64,000 bases of DNA from Octopus vulgaris (taxonomy: Eukaryota), in NCBI GenBank assembly GCA_951406725.2, contig OX597843.1:8184001-8248000 (forward strand). The letters are read 5' to 3'. The notes beneath the pieces were generated by a model, which was given only the letters and a program-made list of their open reading frames with translations, searched no databases and was not told where the DNA came from. The position numbers and the translations under genes were made by a program. Positions 55,578 through 64,000 of the stretch are shown here, piece after piece (positions within the stretch are counted from its first letter, which is position 1; each line of letters opens with the position of its first letter).

Positions 55578-55888
55578 TAATCTATAAAGCTGAAGTTGTC
55601 TGTTTGTGACAGGTTTGGTAGCCTTCAACTAACACTATCTCCTCTAAAACCCTGCGGCGTAGGTGGCCAAAAATTGAGAGTGTGATAGAAGAAGGCTTGC
55701 TCTTCCATCTGTAGAAGATAAAATTCAAATCGGACCATGTTAACACCAAAAATTATTTACATCAAAAAGGTGCATTTCTTCTATGAAATTCCCTATTTTT
55801 TACGATTTTTTGACTGCTGTGTCGCCATTTTTCGGTGTATTTCAACCAGAAAAATGTTCACTTAAAGAGAACAACAAGCTACATAAAG
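55578..55888 (+). mobile_element. Probable non-autonomous Helitron 5' part
   Basis: Start ATCTATAAAGCTGAAGTTGTCTGTTTGTG resembles TC-initiated non-autonomous Helitron 5' ends; no 3' hairpin/CTRR seen (cut by SINE C). Confidence 0.4.
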
Positions 55889-55889
55889 T

Positions 55890-56270
55890 CGACAAACAAG
55901 GACAGACGAACGGATTAAGTCGATTATATCGACCCAGTGCGTAACTGGTACTTAATTTATCGACCCCGAAAGGATGAAAGGTAAAGTCGACCTCGGCGAA
56001 ATTTGAACTCAGAACGTAAAGACAGACGAAATACCTATTTCTTTATTACCCGCAAGGGGCTAAGCACAGAAGGGACAAACAAGGACAGACAAACGGATTA
56101 AGTAGATTATATCGACCCCAGTTCGTAACTGGTACTTAATTTATCGAACCCGAAAGGATGAAAGGCAAAGTCGACCTCGGCGGAATTTGAACTCAGAGCG
56201 TAGCGGCAGACGAAAGAAATACTACCAAGCATTTCGCCCGGCGTGCTAACGATTCGGCCAGCTCGCCGCC
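55890..56270 (-). mobile_element. SINE C: head, body and partial second body
   Basis: Junction AAAGAAATA|GGTATTTCG at 56036/56035; head abuts (TTA)n. Confidence 0.9.
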
Positions 56271-56296
56271 TTCATAATAATAATAATAATAATAAC

Positions 56297-56362
<66 letters not shown>

Positions 56363-56363
<1 letters not shown>

Positions 56364-56521
56364 GAGTGGTTGTGTGGTAAGTAGCTTGCTAACCAACCAC
56401 ATGGTTCCGGGTTCAGTCCCACTGCGTGGCACCTTGGGCAAGTGTCTTCTACTATAGCCTCGAGCCGACCAATGCCTTGTGAGTGGATTTGGTAGACGGA
56501 AACTGAAAGAAGCCTGTCGTA

Positions 56522-56580
<59 letters not shown>

Positions 56581-56748
56581 ATATTTATATATAGGCGCAG
56601 GAGTGGCTGTGTGGCGTAGCTGCACCAGCCACATGGTTCCGGATTCAGTCCACTGCGTGGCATCTTGGCAAGTGTCCTCTGCTATAGCCTCGGGCCGACC
56701 AAAGCCTTGTGAGTGGATTTGGTAGACGGAAACTGAAAGAAGCCTGTC

Positions 56749-56804
<56 letters not shown>

Positions 56805-57015
56805 TTGTGTGTCTGTGTTTATCCCCCTAGCATTGCTTGACAACCGATGCTGGTGTGTTTACGTCCCCGTCACTTAGCCGTTCGGCAAAAGAGACCGATA
56901 GAATAAGTACTGGGCTTACAAAAGAATAAGTCCCGGGATTGATTTGCTCGACTAAAGGCGGTGCTCCAGCATGGCCGCAGTCAAATGACTGAAACAAGTA
57001 AAAGAGTAAAAGAGT
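56363..57015 (+). mobile_element. SINE A composite: two heads, one tail
   Basis: Heads near 56363 and 56594; tail to about 57015. Confidence 0.9.
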
Positions 57016-57395
57016 AATAATAAAAAACTCCATGCGCGTCATCTACAGTTAATGCTATTCTTGTTGTCAATATTGTTAATCAATAATCGATAATCGATTT
57101 TTGTCTTTTGTGTTTTAGTTAAACTTGCTGATTGTTTATTGGGAGTCTTATTTATTGTTCATTTCACTTGTGTGTAGTGCCGGTGGTGGTGGTGGTGGTG
57201 GTGGTGGTGGTGGTGGTGGTGGTGGTGGTGGTGATGGTGAATGCAATGGTAGTGGTGATGGTGGTGGTGGTAATGATGGGAGTGTTGATAATGTTGGTGG
57301 TTATGGTGGTGGTGGTATTGACGGTGGTGGTGGTGGTAGTGGTGGTGGTGGTTTTGGAGTGATGATGATGATGATGGTGATGGTGGTGGTGGTGG

Positions 57396-57426
<31 letters not shown>

Positions 57427-57902
57427 GGTGGTGGTGGTGGTGGTGGTGGTGGTGGTGGTGGTGGTGGTTTTGGCTACGGTTGAGTGATGATGATGATGAT
57501 GGTGGTGGTGTTGGTGGCGGTGGTGGTAGTGGTGGTGGCGGTGGTGGTAGTGGTTGTAGTGGTGCTGGTGATAGTAGTTAAGGCGTTAGTGATGGCAGCG
57601 GTGGCGATGCTGATGATGCTGGTGACAGTGATTGAGACGATGACAACGTTGATGGTGGGAATGACGATGTTGATGATGATGATGGTGTTGGTGGTGGTGG
57701 TGGTGGTGGTGGTGGTGCGGTGGCGGTGATGTTCTGATGATGGTTGTAGTGATGATAATGCTGATGATCGTGGAATTGGCGACGACAATGTTGGCGGTGC
57801 CGTTCATGTTGCTGTTTATATTAGCATCGTTGGTGATGGTCATGGTTTTTACTGTCATCTCTGTTGTTCTCTCCGCTGCTGCAGTTGCTGCTGCTGTTGC
57901 TG

Positions 57903-58266
57903 TTGAGCGAACGGTCTTCGTCCCAGAGCTCGCAAGATGGGAGAAGTCCGAAACGTGGTCCTTTGCTATTTGTAAGACCCGCAGAAGAGAAAGCAGGTCA
58001 ACCCCCGACACCGAGAGCATAGACGGATGGATGAAAGCACATCCAGGCTCAGCGGTTGCGTAGGAAGTCGGGGACAAGAAACAGGAAGAGAGAGTGAGAG
58101 AAAGTTGGAGCGAAAGAGTACAACAGGGGTCGCCACCACCCCTGCCGGAGCCTCGTGGAGCTTTAGGTGTTTTCGCTCAATAAACACACACAACGCCCGG
58201 TATGGGAATCGAAACCGCGATCCTACGACCGCGAGTCCGCTGCCCTAACCACTGGGCCATTGCGCC
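57903..58266 (-). mobile_element. SINE B head/body with alternative tail 3
   Basis: B head/body, then CCCCGACTTCCTACGCAACCGCTGAGCCTGGATG...GGGACGAAGACCGTTCGCTCAACAGCAAC. Confidence 0.85.
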
Positions 58267-58430
58267 GCCACTACTGCTGCCTTTGTCGTCCATTCTTTTC
58301 GCTATTTTTCAAACGTTCCCGTTGCTCTTTTCAAAGTTCTTCTTCTTCTTATCATCACTATCTTTTGCAGCCAAACTTGGCATCGATCTTCAGATCCATA
58401 TCGGCCCTGATTGAGCAGTTGAACAATCCT

Positions 58431-58843
58431 GGGATCTTTTCGGTTTGACCGGCAGTTTTTAAAATAATTTCCACGTAACTAAACACTTTTAAACTTCGTA
58501 TTCTGGTAGAATGTGTTTATAAAACATCTTTTTCTCTTGGCTTTATTGAGAAAATTCTAGAGGTTGTAAGATATTTGTTGTTTTTTTTCTTCAATTTCTT
58601 CAATTTCAACCAATCAATGACGTCTATTGAGGTAAAAAACATTCTGTGCCGTATGAATATGACCCTCGTTTAAGAAACAGATTGGGTTTATCTACATTTG
58701 TGAAGAAAAAAAGATACCCTTCCCCCCACCCCTAACCCTAACCCTAAAACAGATTGAAATGCAATAGATCGATACTAGGGTTATGGGTGACAATTTCATA
58801 TGACACCGCTAGAGAAAACTGCCGTTCAAACCGAAAAGATCCC
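58431..58843. mobile_element. Non-autonomous TIR DNA transposon (MITE) with TSD
   Basis: 29-bp TIR GGGATCTTTTCGGTTTGA(C/A)CGGCAGTTTT. TSD is AATCCT (6 bp) or, with GG termini, CAATCCTG (8 bp; 58424-58431 and 58843-58850). Internal CCTAACCCTAACCCTAA. Confidence 0.9.
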
Positions 58844-58999
58844 AATCCTGTATTAACAAAACAAAAAACCAAAAAAAAAACAGAAAATGAAAAAACAACA
58901 ACGTATTCCAGCCGTGACGATCCCGACTTTTCCTTGTATAATTACGTCTAACCTTCACTACAACAACAACGTTTACGGCTTTATACTTCGTGTCATTAT

Positions 59000-60410
59000 C
59001 ACTACCACAACCACCATCACCAACACCACCACCACCAACAACACTAACATCCCCACCGCAACCACAAACACCATCAACACCACCACTACCATCAACATCA
59101 TCATAACCAGCACCACGAATTCCAACACCACTTCCACCACGAGTGCCACCACCACCACCAACAACAACAACACCAACACCACAAGCGGCACCACTACAAT
59201 CAGTAACACCACCACCACCACCACCAACACCACCACCACAACCGCCACCACCACCACCATCATCACCACCACCACCACCAACCACCACCCGCCACCACCA
59301 CCACCAACACCAACAACACAACCACCACCAACACCACCACCACCACCACCACCACCACCACTACCAACACCATCACCACCACCATCACCACCACCACCAT
59401 CACTACCACCATCATCACCAACCACCACCGCCACCACCACCACCACCACCACCACAACCACCACAACCACCACAATCAGCACAACCACCATCGACAGAGG
59501 TGTGATTTGATGGAGATTTAGCTTCTATTTCTAGCACCTCGAATTCTCCCCACCAAAGCACTATTAATTACTGCCAATATTGTCATTCATCCATTGTTGT
59601 CGTTGTTCTTCTTCTTGTTGTTCTCGTCAGTAGCCATTAATACTGTTGCGTACAACACAATGGCGTCTTCATTTACCGCACGGCAATAAATTATAGTCGG
59701 AGGGATTGGTTTTGCACGCTCTATAAACAATGGCGGTATTGGCGGTGGTGGTATGGTGGTGGTGGTGGTTGTAGTTGTGGTAGTAATGATGGTTGTGGTG
59801 GTTGTTGTTGTGGTGGTGGTGGTGGTGGTTGTGGTGGTGGTGGTGTTGGTGGCGGTGGTGATGGTGGTGGTGGTGGTAGTGGTGGTTGTAGTTGTGGTAG
59901 TAGTGATGGTTGTGGTGGTGGTCGTCGTAGTGGTGGTGGTGGTGGTAGTGGTGGTATTAGTGATGGTGGTTGTAGTAGTGGTAGTAGTAGTGCTTGTGGT
60001 GGTGGTGGTGGTGGTGGTATTAGTGATGGTGGTTGTAGTAATGGTAGTAGTGATGGTTGTGGTGGTGGTGGTCGTCGTCGTCATTGTCGTTGTCGTCGTG
60101 GAGGTGGTGGTGGAGGTGGTGGTGGTGGAGGTGGGGGCAGTGATGCTGGAATTGGTTGTGCTGGTATTAGTGATTGTGGTTGTGGTTACGGTAGTAGAGG
60201 TAGTGGTAGTTGTGGTGGTGGTAGTGGTAGTGGTAGTGGTGGTAGTGGTGGTGATAGTAGCGGTGGTGGTGATGGCCGCGTCATCGTCTTTGCAGTCTTC
60301 TCGCCGATTTGTTGGTGTTGGTTGGTGAAGATTGGCGGTGTTGGTGGTGATGGTCATTTTAGCATGGTAGTGTCTGTGGTTGTGGTGGTGGTGGTAGTTG
60401 TGGTGTGATG
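59000..60410. repeat. (ACC)n and (GGT)n fields around a unique island
   Basis: Direct reading. Confidence 0.9.
59645..59745. promoter_or_regulatory. Candidate cis-regulatory island
   Basis: ACAATGGCG 59657, GATTGG (CCAAT box) ~59704, TATAAACAATGGCGG 59722-59736. Confidence 0.35.
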
Positions 60411-60414
60411 GTGG

Positions 60415-60929
60415 CACAATCGCAAAACACGCCAGAAATATTTCTTAGTCCGTTTTTATGTTCTGAGTTCAAATTCCGTCGGGAGTGACTTCGCCTTTCA
60501 TCCGTTTGGGGTCGATAAATTAAGTACCAGTCAAGTACTGGGGTCTATTTCATCGACTAACCCCCGGACTCAAAATTGCGGGCCTTGTATCTATAACAGA
60601 AAGACTTTTAACGCAGCGAGCTGGCAGAATTGTAAACATGCCAGAAAAAAATGGCTTAGGTTCTCAGTTGTCAGAACGTAGTGATAGGCGAAATACCTAT
60701 TTCTTTATGACCCACAAGGGGCTAAACACAGAGGGGACAAACAAGGACAGACATATGTATTAAGTCGATTATATCGAGCTCAATGCGTTACTGGTACTCA
60801 ATTTAATCGACCCCGAAAGGATGAAAGGCAAAGTCGACCTCGGCGGAATTTGAACTCACGACGTAACGGCAGACGAAATACTGCTCAGCATTTCGTCCGG
60901 CGTGCTAACGTTTCTACCAGCTCGCCACC
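60415..60929. mobile_element. SINE C cluster (old + strand copy, + strand head fragment, - strand head/body with one junction)
   Basis: GTTCTGAGTTCAAATTCC at 60460; minus-strand junction at 60698/60697. Confidence 0.85.
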
Positions 60930-61024
<95 letters not shown>

Positions 61025-61069
61025 TATAATAATAATAATAATAACAAAAACAACAACAACAACAACAAT

Positions 61070-62160
61070 ACCAAGTGGGTCACATTTTCCACTCACTTTC
61101 CACAGAGTTCGCATTTCTGGGTGCCGGAAGTTTTATAGATGTTATACTTCACTGAATTGGTAGCGAGAGCCTGGTCCTGTGCAGCAATGATCAGGCTTTC
61201 GGTGGTACGCTTCAAACCACCTCGCTCAAGCCATGCCCACGATGCTATATTATCATCAACGTCTTGTGTATTCCTTTCAAATTGTCCATGCTTTCTCATT
61301 TCAAGAAGGTCTTTTCTCTTCTCCTCAGCTCTCTGGTTAAACTCTTCCTTGTCCATCATTTCATCTGCATTTACACCCGTATCTTTCGCGGCACTTTACA
61401 GCGGGTCTTCATCACTATTTATAAAATACTCAGCAAGCGTTCTCCTTTCGCTCCTTATACAATGGTATGGTGGAGGCGCAATGGCCCAGTGGTTAGGGCA
61501 GCGGACTCGCGGTCATAGGATCGCGGTTTCGATTCCCAGACCGGGCGTTGTGAGTATTTATTGAGCGAAAACACCTAAAGCTCCACGAGGCTCCGGCAGG
61601 GGGTGGTGGTGATCCCTGCTGTACTCTTTCACCACAACTTTCTCTCACTCTTACTTCCTGTTTCTGTTGTACCTGTATTTCAAAGGGCCGGCCTTGTCAC
61701 TCTCTGTGTCACGCTGAATATCCCCGAGAACTACGTTAAGGGTACACGTGTCTGTGGAGTGCTCAGCCACTTGCATGTTAATTTCACGAGCAGGCTGTTC
61801 CGTTGATTCGGATCAACCGGAACCCTCGTCGTCGTAACCGACGGAGTGCTTCCATCCATACAATGGTCTATACTAATTAGTCCTCTGCCACCATTCTTCC
61901 TTTTCATATACAGTCTGTTTACGTTTGCTTTAGGGTTTAGCGCCCCATCCAGCGTCATCAACTTTCTCATCCTTCTTTCTAGTGTTGATATTTCCTCCTG
62001 AGTCCATTTGAGGATGGACGCACTACATCTGACCACCACAACTGCCCAGATATTCATTGTGGTTATCAAATTTTTAGCATTCAGGTTGGATTTCAACACC
62101 ATCTTTACCCTTTTTTGATACGCCTCGCTGACCTTGACTTTCATTTCCCTGTGTAAAATA
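61070..62160 (-). mobile_element. R4/Dong-clade retrotransposon internal fragment (post-RT region to zinc knuckle), split by SINE B
   Basis: YQKRVKMVLKSNLNAKNLITTMNIWAV...RLYMKRKNGGRGLISIDHC|IRSERRTLAEYF...HGQFER...SWAWLERGGLKRTTESLIIAAQDQALATN..KYNI..CELCGK*VENVTHLV; in-frame stops. Confidence 0.88.
61467..61857 (+). mobile_element. SINE B, full length, tail 1, with 10-bp TSD
   Basis: TSD ATACAATGGT at 61457-61466 and 61858-61867; removing the insert restores the LINE reading frame. Confidence 0.93.
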
Positions 62161-62163
62161 TCC

Positions 62164-62214
<51 letters not shown>

Positions 62215-62464
62215 GTTATTGTTATTGTTGTTATTGTTATTGTTGTTGTTATTATTATTATTGATATTATTATTATTATTATTATTATTACTTTTTTTTT
62301 CTTTCAAATTTGCTCCCATTTCTTGCCGAGTGTCTTCCCGATTCCTAGGGCAAAGAAACTTATAGTATACATTGGTAGGCCATTAAACCAAACTCAATAT
62401 TTCGTTCATTTAAAAAAAATTTTTTTTTAAGTTAAATTAAATACATGAGCAGCAACAGTTCTCA

Positions 62465-62534
<70 letters not shown>

Positions 62535-62536
<2 letters not shown>

Positions 62537-62701
62537 GTTCTGAGTTCAAATTCCGCCGAGGTCGACTTTGCCTTTCATCCTTTCGGGGTCGGAAAAATAA
62601 AGTACCAGTTACACCCTGGGGTCAATATAATCGACTTAATCCCTTTGTCTGTCCTTGTTTGTCCCCTCTGTGTTTAGCCCCTTGTGGGTAGTAAAGAAAT
62701 A
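62535..62701 (+). mobile_element. SINE C single headless body in (ATT)n
   Basis: CGTTCTGAGTTC...GTAGTAAAGAAATA; ATT repeats on both sides. Confidence 0.9.
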
Positions 62702-62826
62702 ATAATTATTATTATTATCACTATTATTATTACTATTATTATTATTATCATTATTATTATTATTATCATTATTATTATTTTTATTATTATTATCATTATT
62801 ATTATTATTATCATCATCATCATTAT

Positions 62827-62889
<63 letters not shown>

Positions 62890-62893
62890 TATT

Positions 62894-63432
62894 GAGTGAG
62901 AGAGCAGTTCATGCCATCAAAGTGACACTGGGGTAAAATATACGAAGCCCAATATACCCATCATTACTACCCGTCTGATAAGGGTACACCAGGCACATGC
63001 ATCACAATCATATGTGCGCGATATGGTGATCTCATATCAAGATAAACAGCACATGACCTTGCAGGTGGGGCCCAGTTAGAATTTTCTTCAGGTTGAGTAG
63101 TCCATCCTGCTCAAACGGTCCCTGAATAAGGGTTGTTTAAGGATGTTGAAAGAACCACCCATGTTTCCAGAGGTGAATTATCCAAACCCCAAAGAATCCC
63201 TCTCAACACATGGCTATGATGCTCCCCCACTACTTCTGCTCGTGATCAGAGATGCACATATCGTCAGCCACTAAGGGACATGCTCAACTGGTTAAGGTCA
63301 AGCAACTGACAAGCAAATCTGTGGTATTGAGCAGAATATTTGCTGTAGCCCATCTTTTATACCAAGACAAAACAATGTGTACATGATAACACTTCCAATC
63401 AGTTAAGATGATAACACTTCCAATCAGTTAAG
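62894..63432 (-). mobile_element. Unclassified retroelement 3' segment inserted in (AAT)n
   Basis: High-complexity 540 bp between ATT tracts; minus-strand end TGGCATGAACTGCTCTCTCACTC(AAT)n resembles 32400-32421; ~25-bp direct duplication at its 5' edge. Confidence 0.55.
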
Positions 63433-63485
<53 letters not shown>

Positions 63486-63489
63486 CTTC

Positions 63490-63800
63490 TTTTTTATTTT
63501 TATAGCGTGCTTTCACTTCACTACCGAGCGCAGCTCTGTGTGCCTTGGGTATGTGCTGTGATTTGTTGTGATGCTCTGATGGTTATTGTATGGAAAGTGT
63601 TCTGCGTAGGATGTGTGCAGTGCCTAGTAGTGCAATTTTCTGTATGTTATATGTGTTTGTAAGTCCTGGTGTTTTTGTTATGTATTTGTCTGAATATTTT
63701 TTTATCATGCCTAATGCACCTACTATGATAGGAATTGTTTCTGTTTTCAGGTTCCACATTCTGGTTACCTCTATTTCCAGGTCTTTGTATTTTGAAAATG
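63490..63800 (-). mobile_element. R4/Dong 3' end, second copy, in (AAT)n
   Basis: SKYKDLEIEVTRMWNLKTETIPIIVGALG...ILRRTLSIQ*, nearly identical to 32656-32960. Confidence 0.9.
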
Positions 63801-63810
63801 TCTCCATTTG

Positions 63811-63862
<52 letters not shown>

Positions 63863-63864
63863 TC

Positions 63865-64000
63865 TTTTTTATTTTTATAGCGTGCTTCCTTTCACTTCAC
63901 TACCGATGCTGCAGCTCTGTTGTGCCTTGGGTAATATTTTTTTGTGCTGTGATTTGTTGTGATGCTCTGGGCTTTGTATGGTTATTGTATGGATTTTTAT
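63865..64000 (-). mobile_element. Degenerate third copy of the R4/Dong 3'UTR
   Basis: Indel-rich version of 63490-63595. Confidence 0.7.

Noticed and set aside
58730-58748. Telomere or interstitial telomeric array
   Set aside because: Fewer than three units, and internal to a MITE.
61471-61545. tRNA genes at SINE B heads
   Set aside because: No complete acceptor stem or terminator; they continue into SINE bodies.

Overview
This is a gene-poor, repeat-saturated animal window. The SINE sequences, 5S copy and extreme microsatellite load point to a cephalopod, probably Octopus (inference). No host protein-coding exon could be supported, and nearly all ORFs in the track are translations of simple repeats. 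Content: (i) three abundant tRNA-headed SINE families, labelled A, B and C here; (ii) remnants of R4/Dong-clade RLE retrotransposons inside (AAT)n tracts, a CR1/L2-group 3' end, an RTE-like 3' end and a Penelope-type GIY-YIG remnant; (iii) a full-length 5S rRNA copy fused to a LINE 3' tail; (iv) a TIR MITE and a probable non-autonomous Helitron; (v) large SSR fields and minisatellites. Most interesting signals: short (TA)n-embedded elements with minimal type-I hammerhead-like folds plus one near-canonical hammerhead; SINE-C 'one head + n x 184-bp headless body' arrays whose 9 junctions all fall at one position in a hairpin loop of the head; a 5S+LINE-tail SINE3 candidate; one SINE-B head with three different tails; and small unique islands repeatedly carrying YY1/Pho (ATGGCG), ETS (TTCCGG) and TAAACAA motifs. 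All analysis was by eye; no database search or folding program was run.
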